From an uncultured Acidobacteriota bacterium (GTDB taxonomy: Bacteria; Acidobacteriota; Thermoanaerobaculia; UBA5066; Gp7-AA6): DNA of 64,000 bases. Of this stretch, positions 36,367 to 46,436 are shown one piece after another (the first letter of the stretch is position 1; every line of letters begins with the position of its first letter). The DNA lies in assembly GCA_963733815.1 (NCBI GenBank), contig CAVTEG010000009.1, positions 115,580 through 179,579 of the forward strand, written 5' to 3'. Position numbers and translations under genes: made by a program. A model generated the notes under the pieces. The model had not been told where the DNA came from and searched no databases. It saw nothing but the letters and a program-made list of their open reading frames with translations.

Positions 36367-36478
36367 GTCATCGCGAATCGAGTCCGGGATCCCTCGTCGC
36401 TGCGCTCCTCGGGATGACGTCTCAAGCCCGTCATCCCGAGCGCAGCGAGGGATCCCGTGATCGGTCAGCCGCACTGAC
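36367..36478. repeat. REP family 1 units forming a long inverted repeat
   Basis: GGGATCCCTCGTCGCTGCGCTCCTCGGGATGAC (36386..36418) faces GTCATCCCGAGCGCAGCGAGGGATCCC (36430..36456). Also GTCAG-CCGCA-CTGAC at 36464..36478. Confidence 0.85.
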
Positions 36479-36517
36479 AGCAGAACCTTCGTGGCTTCCC
36501 TGCGTCCTAGGAAGCGA

Positions 36518-38969
36518 ATGGACGTGTTTCTCCAGGACGTGCGCTACGCATTGCGGGGCCTGCGCCGGGCCCCGGGTTTCGCCGCGGCCGCGATCCTGAC
36601 GCTGGCTCTGGGAATCGGCGCCACGACCGCGATCTTCTCGGTCATGCGGGCCGTCCTCTTCTCGCCCTTGCCGTACGCCGAGCCCGAGCGCCGCGTCATG
36701 ATCTGGAGCCGCTGGAAGGACTTCGACAAGACCTGGGTCGCCAACGGCGAGATCGTGGACTACCGGAAGGCGTCCACGACGCTCGAGAAGATCACGATGT
36801 GGGATCTCGACGAAGCCAACCTGACGGGCAGCGGATCCGAGCCGGTGCGCGTCGGCGTGGGCGCCGTGGAGGCGCAGACCTTCGAGACTCTGGGGTCCGG
36901 CCCGATCCTGGGACGCACGTTCACCGCCGAGGAGGATCGGCCGGGCGGACCTCCCGTCGCGGTTCTGGGATACGGCCTGTGGCAGAACCGCTACGGGGGC
37001 AATCCGGGCGTCGTCGGCGAATCCATCGAGCTCGACGGAGTGGCGCGGCGCGTGGTCGGTGTCATGCCGCGCGGCTTCGCGCTTCCGACCGACTACACGG
37101 TGTCTTCGTCCTCGCCGACGCAGCTGTGGATTCCTCTCCAGACGGACCCGAAGGACCTCTCGCACGGCAGCCACGGCTATTACGGCGCGGCCACGCTCAC
37201 GCGCGGCGCGACGGCGGCGAAGGCCACGCTGGAGTTGAAGACGATCACGGCGAACTGGACCCGGGACGGTCTGTATCCGCGCGAGATGCGGTTCGAGGCC
37301 TTCGCGGTTCCTCTCGAAGATGAAATCCGTGGCACCGCCCGTAAGGCGCTGGGGCTGGTCTTCGGCGCCGTGGGCTTCCTCCTGCTGATGGCCTGCGGCA
37401 ACGTCGCGAACCTTCTCCTTGCCCGGTCGGAGGGCCGGCAGCGCGAGATTTCGGTGAGGGCCGCGATCGGCGCCGGCCAGGCGCGCCTGACGCGGCAGCT
37501 CCTGACGGAGAGCTTCGTCCTCGCCGCCTGCGGGGCGGTTGCAGGCGTGGGCCTCGCATGGGCCGGCGTCCGCGCGATCGCTGCTCGCGGCGCGGCGGGT
37601 CTTCCGGCGCTCGCCCCGATCCGCATCGAGCCGGGCATTCTTCTCTTCGCCGGAGGCCTCTCCATCCTGACCACGTTTCTCTTCGGACTGGGGCCGGCGC
37701 TCCAGATGCTTCGCCTGAACCTCTCTCAGTCTCTCCGCGAGGATGCCCGCGGCTCCTCGGCCGGACTGCGCCGCCAGAGCCTCCGAGGCGTGCTCGCCAG
37801 CGTGCAGATGGGCCTGGCCCTCGTCCTCCTGCTCGGAGCGGGCCTGCTGCTTCGCAGTCTCGGTGCGCTGCTGCGTGTCGACCTGGGCTTCGAGCCGAGC
37901 CACGTCGTGACGCTGCAACTCCGCCCGCCGGAGGCCGGCTACGCGAAGCCCGACGCCGTGGTGGCTCTGTATCGGACGCTTCTCGAGCGCGTCCGCGGGC
38001 TGCCGGGAGTGAAGTCCGCCGGAATCGTCCGCTCGCTGCCTCTGGCGGCGTCGATCGGGGACTGGGGGCTCGACGTCGAGGGTTTCGTCGAGACGCCCGG
38101 GCACAACGCCAAGGGAGACTGGCAAGTCGTCTCGGACGGGGCGCTCGAGGCGCTGGGCGAGCGTGTGCTCCGCGGGCGGCCCTTCGCCGAATCGGACACC
38201 GCGACGTCGCAGCCGGTGGCGCTGGTCAACGAGACGTTCGCGCAGATCTACTGGCCCGGGCAGGACCCCATCGGCCGACGCATCCGCATGGGCTCCGCCG
38301 ACGACAAACGCCCGTGGATGACGGTCGTGGGCCTGGTTCGCAACGTGCGGCACAATGGGATCACCGAGATCATCAAGGAGAAGTTCTACGTGCCGCACTC
38401 GCAGTTCGCCCTGCAGACGGGCGGGGCGCCGCGCAACATGACGCTGATCGTGCGCGCCGACGGCGATCCGCTCTCGCTCGTGGGTCCGGTGCGGTCCGAG
38501 GTCCGGCGGCTCGATCCGAATCTGCCGCTGGCCAACGTCCGCACCATGACGCAGGTCGTCGACGCCTCCCTCGCGACCCCGAGGCTGACGTCGTCCCTGA
38601 TCTCTCTCTTCGCGGCCGTCGCGCTCGTCCTGGCGGCAGTCGGCGTGTCGGGTGTCCTGGCGTACCTGGTCAGCCGCAGGCGCCGGGAGATCGGCATTCG
38701 CCTGGCCCTCGGCGCCTCTCGCGCCAACGTCCTGAACCTGATCCTCCGGCGGGGGCTCCTGACGGCGGGTACCGGAATCGTGGCCGGGCTCCTCGCCGCC
38801 CTTCTTCTCGCGCCTGATGGAGGGCCTTCTCTACGGGGTGCCGGCCCGCGATCCCGCGACCTTCGCCGGCGCGGCGCTGCTCCTGCTGGCCGTGGCGCTC
38901 GCGGCCAGCGCCGTTCCCGCCCTGCGCGCGTCTCGCGTGGATCCCCTCGAAGCCCTTCGCGCGGAGTAG
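36518..38969 (+). pseudogene. ADOP-type duplicated FtsX/MacB-like ABC permease, single extra base at 38810
   Basis: MDVFLQDVRYALRGLRRAPGFAAAAILTLALGIGATTAIFSV...; 770 codons uninterrupted. The last 52 codons ([52 protein letters not shown]) are in the +1 frame. Confidence 0.85.
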
Positions 38970-39071
38970 GCCCTCAAGGATCCTCGAGACTTCTTTCGCG
39001 GGCGCGAGTCGTCTCCCTGGACCAGCGGATCGCCCGCTTCCGCAAGACTTCTTGGGAGAGGGTCAACAAGC

Positions 39072-39163
39072 GACTTCCCCTCCCATGTCGGTCGGCCCGC
39101 AAAGCGGGCCGCTAAGAAAGACTTCCCCTCCCACGTCGGTCGGCCGCGAAGCGGCCGCTCAAA
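39072..39163 (+). repeat. REP family 2, two tandem copies (GACTTCCCCTCCCAYGTCGGTCGGCC..GCGGGCCGCT)
   Basis: Copies at 39072..39116 and 39120..39163. Each carries a GGCC(C)GC-loop-GC(G)GGCC hairpin. Inverted copies are at 55872 and 61932. Confidence 0.8.
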
Positions 39164-39533
39164 AGGAGGCGCGGGCGGTTTGACCCGCCCGCGCTGAGGG
39201 AAGAAGTCCGTGTACCCTGGCGGAACCGGACTTTGGAGCCTTTTTCAAAGTGGCCGCGAAATCACCGCGTTCACATCTAAAGACGAAATCGCGGCGAAAG
39301 AGTTTCGGGCTCGGGTTCTCTTTCGCTCCTCATTTTCTCGGGTGGGACGCGCGGACAGGCCGCCCGCGCGACGTGACCCGCGGTCGCAAAAAAATCTGTG
39401 GCGCTCGAATCATGGCGGCGGTATAAGTCGATCAAGAGCGCGGGACCGCGCCCGCGAGAGAAACCGGCGCTCGCCGGATCGAGGTGAACACACTGGTCTG
39501 CTGTTTCGAGGCCCGGTCGGAAGTTTGAGCGTG

Positions 39534-39562
39534 GGGCGCCGAAGGCGCCCGTTTCTGTTTTT
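39534..39562 (+). terminator. intrinsic-terminator-like hairpin 35 nt upstream of the next start codon
   Basis: GGGCGCC-GAA-GGCGCCC followed by GTTTCTGTTTTT. No + strand CDS in the preceding 560 nt. Confidence 0.5.
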
Positions 39563-39596
39563 GCCGGCAACGGCATTGGGTGGAACGGAGTCGCGT

Positions 39597-40058
39597 ATGA
39601 AGCTGACGATCGCGGGCGAGACCTCGCTGCGGAACGGCCGACGGTTCGTACAGGCCGCCGGACTGATCTTCTACGGACTGGCCGCGCAGGGCCTTCTGAC
39701 GGCGGCGGTCGGTTGGTATCTCTTCTTCGACACGGAGAGCAGCGCCGACCTGCTGCTGCCGGCGACGGGAGCAATTCTCGCCGTCTGCTACGCCTTCGTG
39801 GGCTACCACCTGCGCCGTCACCGCCTGGGGGCGCGCAATTTCGCGTTCGCCTTCGCCGGAATCAGTCTGTTCGCATTCCCGGTCGGGACGATCCTGGGAG
39901 CCGTGATCGTCCTGTGCCTCGACCGCGGAAACCGGGCCGGTGTCTTTCCACGACAACGCCCTCCGGTGCCCGCGGTTCCCGCCGTGGCGGCCGAGGAAGG
40001 CGCGCCGACCCGGCCTTTCGAGCCCGATCTGGCGCTCCCGAGCGAACAGGCCGGCTGA
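39597..40058 (+). CDS. membrane protein, unknown function
   Basis: ATG 39597 inside ORF 39210..40058. Four hydrophobic segments (AAGLIFYGLAAQGLLTAAVGWYLFF, ATGAILAVCYAFVGY, FAFAFAGISLFAFPVGTILGAVIVLCL). Confidence 0.5.
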   Translation: MKLTIAGETSLRNGRRFVQAAGLIFYGLAAQGLLTAAVGWYLFFDTESSADLLLPATGAILAVCYAFVGYHLRRHRLGARNFAFAFAGISLFAFPVGTILGAVIVLCLDRGNRAGVFPRQRPPVPAVPAVAAEEGAPTRPFEPDLALPSEQAG

Positions 40059-40112
40059 CGCTTCCATAAGCACAGGCACAAGCTCGAGCGCCGCCTGGAT
40101 TAGGATTCGGGC

Positions 40113-40739
40113 GTGCCGCTTCTCTCGACCGTCCGGGTCCCGGGCGAGCCCCCGGGGTCGACGGCCGCCGATCCGACGGCCATCCGGTCCTTCTCGATCG
40201 GACGGACCGCGGTGACCAACCGGGACTACGCCGAGTTCCTCTCCAGCGGGAGGGCCGTGCGGCCGCCGTGGTGGGACGACCCGGCCTTCTGCGGACCCCA
40301 GCAGCCCGTCGTCGGCGTGACGTGGCGCGAAGCCGCGGACTTCGCCGCATGGCTTTCCGAGCGCGACGGCGGGCGCTGGCGCCTGCCGACTGAGACGGAG
40401 TGGGAGCTCGCGATGTGCGGCGGGCTGGTCTCCCCGAAGACCGCGTGGGGCGACGAGATTCCGGCGGGGGAGATTCCGGAGGGCCCCATCTCGGGTCCGT
40501 GGGACGTGGCCCGCGGCACGCCCAACGGCTACGGCGTCTGCGATCCCGGCACCATCGTCCACGAGTGGTGTCTCGACCGCCGCGAGCCGGTCCGGCCCGG
40601 TGCTCCCGCGCGGATGGTCAGCCGCGGCGGATCCTGGCGGCATCGCGTCCGGTGGTCGCCGCCGTCGGCCTCGAGCAGCCTGCCGCCCGACTATCGCTAC
40701 TCCGACTACGGATTTCGCGTTCTGCGAGAAGGGGAATGA
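40113..40739 (+). CDS. formylglycine-generating-enzyme (SUMF1/FGE-sulfatase) domain protein
   Basis: [68 protein letters not shown]. Confidence 0.75.
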   Translation: MPLLSTVRVPGEPPGSTAADPTAIRSFSIGRTAVTNRDYAEFLSSGRAVRPPWWDDPAFCGPQQPVVGVTWREAADFAAWLSERDGGRWRLPTETEWELAMCGGLVSPKTAWGDEIPAGEIPEGPISGPWDVARGTPNGYGVCDPGTIVHEWCLDRREPVRPGAPARMVSRGGSWRHRVRWSPPSASSSLPPDYRYSDYGFRVLREGE

Positions 40740-40830
40740 CGACCACCGGAGGCAGACACCCGGCAGTCGGCGACGCCGGGCCGGACGCGTTCCGCGTCCG
40801 CCCGACGGCAATGACGGAGAGGAGGCCCGC

Positions 40831-41166
40831 GTGCTCAATCGCGCTTTCCTGACCACGGCCCAGGAGCTCCCGGGATATCGGATCGTCCGCAACCTCGGCG
40901 TCGTGCGCGGAATCGTGGTGCGCTCGCGAAGCATCGTCGGGACGATCGGCGCCGGAATCCAGAGTCTCTTTGGCGGCAACATCACGCTCTGGACCGAGAT
41001 GTGCGAGCGCGCGCGGCAGGAGGCCTTCGACCTGATGGCGCGGCACGCCGAGGAGATGGGAGCGAACGCCGTCGTGGTCGTGCGCTACGACGCCAACGAG
41101 GTTTCTGCCGGTGTGACGGAGGTCCTCGCGTACGGGTCGGCCTGCGTTGTGGAAACGCAGCGTTAG
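40831..41166 (+). CDS. YbjQ (UPF0145) family protein
   Basis: GTG 40831 after [90 protein letters not shown]. Confidence 0.8.
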   Translation: MLNRAFLTTAQELPGYRIVRNLGVVRGIVVRSRSIVGTIGAGIQSLFGGNITLWTEMCERARQEAFDLMARHAEEMGANAVVVVRYDANEVSAGVTEVLAYGSACVVETQR

Positions 41167-41175
41167 GAGGGCGCG

Positions 41176-41469
41176 ATGAAGGGAATCTCGATCTGGGTCC
41201 TGGCTGGCGCTCTGCTGGGGATCGCGGCCGCCTCGGTCATCGTGCCGCCGATGCTGTCCTGGTACAACGAGGCGGGCTATCTCTCCAATGCCGGGCAGCC
41301 GGCGGCGATGGTGAACCTCCCCGACGTCGTGCGCTATTCGACGGCGCGTCTGATCCGCGGACAGGCGATCGGGGCGGCGATCGGCGCCGTCGTGTTCCTC
41401 GCGCTCGGCATTGCTCTGGGGAGAAAGCGCCGGCAGCGCACGGCCTCGGCGACGGCGGCCGCGCCGTAG
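41176..41469 (+). CDS. small membrane protein, unknown function
   Basis: Two TM segments (ISIWVLAGALLGIAAASVIV, AIGAAIGAVVFLALGIALG) and a basic tail. Confidence 0.5.
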   Translation: MKGISIWVLAGALLGIAAASVIVPPMLSWYNEAGYLSNAGQPAAMVNLPDVVRYSTARLIRGQAIGAAIGAVVFLALGIALGRKRRQRTASATAAAP

Positions 41470-41482
41470 CACCCTCGAAACC

Positions 41483-41512
41483 AAAAAAAAGCCGGCGGTG
41501 GAGACCGCCGGC
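41483..41512. terminator. GC hairpin flanked by A8: canonical intrinsic terminator when read on the minus strand
   Basis: AAAAAAAA-GCCGGCGG-TGGAGA-CCGCCGGC, 14 nt after the + strand stop at 41469. The U-tract exists only for minus-strand transcripts. Confidence 0.55.
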
Positions 41513-41714
41513 ACAGGAGGAGACGACGACGGAGGTGACCGCAATCCAGTCGTCGCGATGTCGGCCGCATCGACGCTTCGGCCGGCGGGGGCAGGTTAGG
41601 ATTCGAAGAGTGGGTCGCGGCGAAAATTCATCGGACGCTCAGAAACGCTGAGGAGCCACGAACCTGGCGCCAATCGCTCGAACGGACTATCTCGTCGACG
41701 GTCCCGAGGACGCG

Positions 41715-42311
41715 GTGGCCACGATCGCGCTGGCGCACGGCGCCGGAGCGCCGATGGATACGCCCTTCATGAACCGCATCGCGGCCGGGCTCGCGGCCCG
41801 CGGGTTCCGTGTCGTCCGATTCGAGTTTCCGTACATGGCGAAGCGGCGCGAGGGGGGCAAGCGGGGTGCGCCCGATCGACCGCCCGTGCTGCTCGAGCGC
41901 TGGAAGGACGTCGTCGCGTCGCTGGGCGGCGGCGGAAGCCTCGTCGTGGGCGGCAAGTCCCTGGGTGGGCGGATCGCCAGCATGATCGCCGACGAGGTGG
42001 GCGCCCGCGGTCTCGTCTGCTTCGGGTATCCGTTCCATCCTCCCGGCGACGCCTCGCGCCTTCGCACCGCGCACCTGGAGACCCTCGCTACACCGGCGCT
42101 GATCCTCCAGGGAACCCGCGACGCGTTCGGCAACCGCGAGGACGTCGCCGGCTACCGGTTGTCGCCCGCGATCCGGGTCCACTGGCTCGAAGGCGGCGAT
42201 CACTCGTTCAAGCCTCCGGCGGGCTCGGGACGGACCGAGAAGCAGAACCTCGAAGAGGCGATCGGCACCGCGGCGGAGTTCATCGGCGGCCTGTTCGGGA
42301 CTTCCGGCTGA
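41715..42311 (+). CDS. alpha/beta hydrolase (KANL3/Tex30-like, dienelactone-hydrolase-type)
   Basis: ATIALAHGAGAPMDTPFM, FEFPYM, LVVGGKSLGGRIASM, ALILQGTRDAFG, GGDHSF. The true start may be about 15 codons upstream; the frame is open from 41652. Confidence 0.7.
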   Translation: MATIALAHGAGAPMDTPFMNRIAAGLAARGFRVVRFEFPYMAKRREGGKRGAPDRPPVLLERWKDVVASLGGGGSLVVGGKSLGGRIASMIADEVGARGLVCFGYPFHPPGDASRLRTAHLETLATPALILQGTRDAFGNREDVAGYRLSPAIRVHWLEGGDHSFKPPAGSGRTEKQNLEEAIGTAAEFIGGLFGTSG

Positions 42312-42369
42312 ATCAACTGCAACCCGCGGAGGGAAGAGCGGGTTCTAGTCCCGAAGGAGGGACTGCGGC

Positions 42370-43116
42370 GTGAAGACGGTCGCCACTGCATCTCGCACCG
42401 CCGCCGGACCGAGCATCCGCGATCGGGTCGCGGCGCGAGACTGGCCGAGCGCGTCCGAACGGCTCGACCGGAACGGCTGGACGATTCTGGAAGGATTTCT
42501 GACGGCAGGCGAGTGCGCCGCCATGATCGATCTCTACGGCGAGGACTCGCGCTTTCGCAGCCGCGTGGAGATGGCGCGGCACGGCTTTGGAAGCGGCGAG
42601 TACAAGTACTTCGCCTACCCGCTGCCCGAGATCGTCGCGGAACTGCGCGCGGCCCTCTATCCGCGCCTGGCGCCGATTGCGAACCGCTGGAGCGAGGCGA
42701 TGCGCAACGCGGCGCGATATCCAGGCACGCTCGACGAGTACCTCGAGCAGTGTCACGCGGCGGGGCAGCCGCGGCCGACGCCCCTGTTGCTGCGATACGG
42801 CCCCGGAGACTACAACCGGCTCCACCAGGATCTGTACGGCGACCACCTGTTCCCGATCCAGGTCGCGATCCTCCTTTCGCAGCCGCAGGAAGATTTCGCG
42901 GGCGGCGAGTTCGTGTTGACCGAGCAGAGGCCACGCACTCAGTCGCGCGCCATGGTCGTACCCTTGCGCCGCGGCGACGCCGTCGCCTTCGCGGTCAACG
43001 ACCGGCCGGTCGACGGGCGGCGCGGACACTTTCGCGTCAAGATGCGCCACGGCGTGAGCGAGCTGCGCTCCGGCGAGCGCTACACCCTGGGCGTCATCTT
43101 TCACGACGCGAAGTGA
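42370..43116 (+). CDS. 2OG-Fe(II) oxygenase family protein
   Basis: YGPGDYNRLHQDLYG...FAGGEFVL...VKMRHGVSELRSGERYTLGVIFHDA (HxD...H facial triad pattern). Confidence 0.7.
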   Translation: MKTVATASRTAAGPSIRDRVAARDWPSASERLDRNGWTILEGFLTAGECAAMIDLYGEDSRFRSRVEMARHGFGSGEYKYFAYPLPEIVAELRAALYPRLAPIANRWSEAMRNAARYPGTLDEYLEQCHAAGQPRPTPLLLRYGPGDYNRLHQDLYGDHLFPIQVAILLSQPQEDFAGGEFVLTEQRPRTQSRAMVVPLRRGDAVAFAVNDRPVDGRRGHFRVKMRHGVSELRSGERYTLGVIFHDAK

Positions 43117-44273
43117 AGATCCGCGCCTTCTTCCCCGAAGCTCCCGAGGACGCTCTCGCGGATCTGCGCGAGCGGCTGGCGAGGACACGCTGGCCGGACG
43201 CGGGCGAGGACGCGGACTGGAGCCGGGGGACGCCTCTGCCGATTCTTCGGGAGCTGGCCGAGCACTGGCGCACGCGGTTCGACTGGAGGCAGGTCGAGTC
43301 GAAGATCCGGTCGTTCCCGAACTTCGTTGCGGCCGTGGACGGCTTCGAGATTCACTTCCTTCATCTGCGCGGAGAAGGGCCCGCGCCGTTTCCCCTCGTC
43401 GTGACGCACGGCTGGCCGGGATCGTTTCTCGAGATGCTGGAGGTCGCCCCGCGGCTCGCGAGGCCGTCGTCGGTGGGCGGGGATGCGGCCAGCGCCTTTG
43501 ACGTGATCGTGCCGTCGCTTCCGGGGTACGGGTATTCGGAGCGGCCGCGGACGCGTGGAATGCACACGCGAAGAATCGCAGAGCTGTGGGGACGTCTGAT
43601 GTCCGGTCTCGGATACGAGCGCTTCGGCGCGCAGGGCGGAGACTGGGGCGCGACGATCTCGACGCGTCTGGCGATGCTCTTTCCCGATCGGGTCGCCGGC
43701 ATTCACCTCAATTACATCCCCGGCTCCTACGCGCCGCAGACGGGCCCGGGGACGCGGGCGCTGTCGCCCGGCGAAGAGAAGTTCCTGGCGGATCGCGGGC
43801 GCTGGCTCGAGGAGGAGGGCGCTTACGGCCACCTGCAGGCGACGCGCCCTCGCACGCTCGCCTACGGTCTGAACGATTCTCCGGTCGGGCTCCTCGCCTG
43901 GATCCTCGAGAAGTTTCGCAACTGGAGCGACTGCGGCGGCGACGTCCTCTCCCGCTTTTCGGCCGACACGCTGCTCAGCAACGTCACTCTTTACTGGCTG
44001 ACGGGCACGATCGGATCCTCCGCCGCGCTGTACGCCGAGGCCGGTGCCGTGCCGCTGCGATTCGGACCCGGCGAACGCGTGCCCGTGCCGTGCGGCGTGG
44101 CGCGCTTTCCGAAGGAGGAACCGATGCCGCCGCGCGACTGGGTCGAACGCGTCTACGACGTCGTCCGCTGGACCGAGATGCCTCGCGGTGGCCACTTCGC
44201 CGCGATGGAGGAGCCGGCACTGCTGGCGGATGACGTGCGCGAGTTCTTCCGGCCGCTACGCTCTCGCCGCTAG
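43113..44273 (+). CDS. epoxide hydrolase (microsomal EH N-terminal domain type)
   Basis: GTG 43113 overlaps the upstream TGA. LADLRERLARTRWPD, FPNFVAAVDGFEIHFLHLRGEG, PLVVTHGWPGSFLEM, GAQGGDWGA, GGHFAAMEEP. Confidence 0.85.
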   Translation: MKIRAFFPEAPEDALADLRERLARTRWPDAGEDADWSRGTPLPILRELAEHWRTRFDWRQVESKIRSFPNFVAAVDGFEIHFLHLRGEGPAPFPLVVTHGWPGSFLEMLEVAPRLARPSSVGGDAASAFDVIVPSLPGYGYSERPRTRGMHTRRIAELWGRLMSGLGYERFGAQGGDWGATISTRLAMLFPDRVAGIHLNYIPGSYAPQTGPGTRALSPGEEKFLADRGRWLEEEGAYGHLQATRPRTLAYGLNDSPVGLLAWILEKFRNWSDCGGDVLSRFSADTLLSNVTLYWLTGTIGSSAALYAEAGAVPLRFGPGERVPVPCGVARFPKEEPMPPRDWVERVYDVVRWTEMPRGGHFAAMEEPALLADDVREFFRPLRSRR

Positions 44274-45329
44274 GAGAGGCTTCGCAAGCGGCCGAACCAG
44301 AAACGCGAGAAGGCTTCCCGCCGGACATTTCGCCGTGAGGAGACGCAGGCGCCGGATCTGTTCCCAGGTCAGCGCGCCGCCCGCCAGGAGCCAGAGTCCG
44401 TCGGCGAATCGGAGGGTACCGGCGGAGAGGTCCACGAGTGCGACCAGGAAGTTCGTCCCGGCGAGCACCAGCAGGATCGCGGCGGTGATCTTTCCCCACC
44501 GTACGGGCTCGAAGCCGAACCGTCGCGTCAGCGTTTCCTGCTCCGCCGGAGACAAGAGGGCCAGCAAGGGCTCCAGCATGCGAAATCGATCCGATGCGTC
44601 GCGGTCGCGCTCTTCCGGGGAAGCGGATCGGCCGGGGGACTTGGCCTTGGGCTCACGCGCTTCTCGCCATGCCGCGTAACAGACGACGACGGGGAAGGAT
44701 CCCATCGGCTCTCCCATCGCCATCGCGCTTCCGAGGCGCAGAGCCGATTCGCCGAAGAGATAGAGCGCGATGAAATACGGAGGCGCCAACCAGACCGGGA
44801 AGCCGAGCCCCGTGCCCGGTCCGCCGAACATGCCAAGCAGACGATCGAGGAGACCGAGGAATCCGATGACGGCGAGCGGCAGCGCCGACGCGACCGTCAT
44901 CGCGATCGCGGGCGCGCCGAACTCGCTCTCCATGTCCTTCTGGACGTTGCCGGGCAGGAATCCCGCGAGCGGCGCGAGGAGGATCGAGGCCCGGCGCCTG
45001 CGGACGCGCGACGCGAGATCGTTTCTCGTCGCCGACCGGCCGCGCTCGCTCTCGGCGTCGTAGCGTTCGAGCCGCCGGATGGCGTGGCCTTCTTCCCATG
45101 GCGCGAGCACGTAGCGCATCCCTCCCTCCGGCAGAGGCTGCGCGCGCCGGACTTCGAAGATCTGCCCGTTCCACTCCACGGCGGTGCCCGGGTACTCGGC
45201 GGTCGTGAGCGTCTTCTCACGGCGCGGCGTCCATGAGGGCTTCGAAACCGGACAGAGGAGGGCCGCCCCCCCGCCCGGTCCCCGCTCGACGCGGTCCTCC
45301 CCGAACGCGGGCAGAAGCGTTTCGGTCAT
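44256..45329 (-). CDS. membrane protein, unknown function
   Basis: ATG 45329 inside ORF 44256..45851. Soluble N-terminal domain (EYPGTAVEWNGQIFEVRRAQPL) followed by about 6 TM segments. Confidence 0.5.
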   Translation of the reverse strand: MTETLLPAFGEDRVERGPGGGAALLCPVSKPSWTPRREKTLTTAEYPGTAVEWNGQIFEVRRAQPLPEGGMRYVLAPWEEGHAIRRLERYDAESERGRSATRNDLASRVRRRRASILLAPLAGFLPGNVQKDMESEFGAPAIAMTVASALPLAVIGFLGLLDRLLGMFGGPGTGLGFPVWLAPPYFIALYLFGESALRLGSAMAMGEPMGSFPVVVCYAAWREAREPKAKSPGRSASPEERDRDASDRFRMLEPLLALLSPAEQETLTRRFGFEPVRWGKITAAILLVLAGTNFLVALVDLSAGTLRFADGLWLLAGGALTWEQIRRLRLLTAKCPAGSLLAFLVRPLAKPLLAARA

Positions 45330-45393
45330 GGACTGCGAAAAGCTTAACGCCGGCGGGAGTGCGCGCGGCCCTGGTTGGGTGTAGCGTTGGAGC

Positions 45394-45651
45394 GTGGCTC
45401 GCGGCTGGGGTAAGAGCGAAGAAGACCTCGGCGCGGAGAAAGAACACGCGCGCGAGGCCAGTGAAAAAGCCGCGGCGCGCCCCTCGCGCGCGCACGCCGA
45501 AGAGGCCGCCCGCCGACGCGGCCTGGAGCTCTCGCTCGCGCGCGTCGAGGACCTGCTCGCGAAGACCGAGAACCCGGCGCGCCGGCGCGCGCTCGAGGCG
45601 GCCCGGGCCGAGCTGACCGAGCGTCTGGAGCCTCGCTCGAAGCAACCGTGA
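45394..45651 (+). CDS. small charged coiled-coil-like protein, hypothetical
   Basis: High-GC3 frame. The stop overlaps the xth GTG (GTGA). No recognised family. Confidence 0.3.
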   Translation: MARGWGKSEEDLGAEKEHAREASEKAAARPSRAHAEEAARRRGLELSLARVEDLLAKTENPARRRALEAARAELTERLEPRSKQP

Positions 45652-46389
45652 AAGTCGCGACCTGGAACGTCAACGGGATCCGCGCCCGGGAGGCCCAGGT
45701 GCGCGACTGGCTGGCGTCCGAGCGGCCCGACGTCGTGTGCCTGCAGGAGATCAAGGCCAAGCCCGAGCAGATTCCGGAGCTCCTTTTCGAGTCGGAAGGC
45801 TACTGGTGCTACTGGCACGGCGCCGGGGGCTATTCCGGCGTGGCGCTGCACTCCTCACGGCGGCTCTGCGAAGCGCGGCCGGTCTTCGGGCACCCCGCGT
45901 TCGATCTCGAGACCCGCATCGTGACGGCGGACGTCGCCGATCTGACGCTCGCGTCCGTGTACGTCCCAACGGCGGCAAGGACTACGCGGCGAAGATGCGT
46001 TCCTCGAAGCCTGGAGGAGCTGGGCCGGCGAGCTCCGCAGGCGGCGGCGCCGCCTCGATCCTCTGCGGCGACCTCAACGTCGCGCGCACCGACCGCGACG
46101 TCCACCCCAAGGAGCGCAAGCCCGACGTCATCGGCCAGCTCCCGGACGAGCGCGCGCTCATCGAGCGGCTCATCGGCGCCGGGCTGGTGGACGTCGGCCG
46201 GGCACTCGATCCGGACAACGACGGCCTGTTCACGTGGTGGGCGCCCTGGCGCAACCTGCGCCAGCGCAACATCGGCTGGCGGCTCGACTACGTCCTGGCC
46301 AGCGCCGCTCGCTGAAGGCCGCTGAGTGCGTCGTCCGCTCCGAGGTCGGGACGAGCGATCACGCGCCCGTCGTGGCGACCTTCGGATAG
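45648..46389 (+). pseudogene. xth: exodeoxyribonuclease III, at least 3 frame changes in the 3' half
   Basis: MKVATWNVNGIRAREAQVRDWLASERPDVVCLQEIKA...YSGVALHS (ORF 45648). NGGKDYAAKM...ILCGDLNVARTDRDVHPKE...FTWWAPWRNLRQRNIGWRLDYVLAS (ORF 45737). C-terminal VRSEVGTSDHAPVVATFG-stop at 46389 is in a third frame. Confidence 0.85.
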
Positions 46390-46436
46390 GATCTCCCGAT
46401 CTTTCCCCGGAGCGGTTGACGGGAGGTCGACGACCG

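Noticed and set aside
44256-45851. Upstream extension (45330..45851) of the membrane-protein ORF
   Set aside because: It is an Arg/Ala/Ser-rich stretch overlapping the xth start and the small + strand ORF. A good ATG with family-like hydrophobic architecture begins at 45329.
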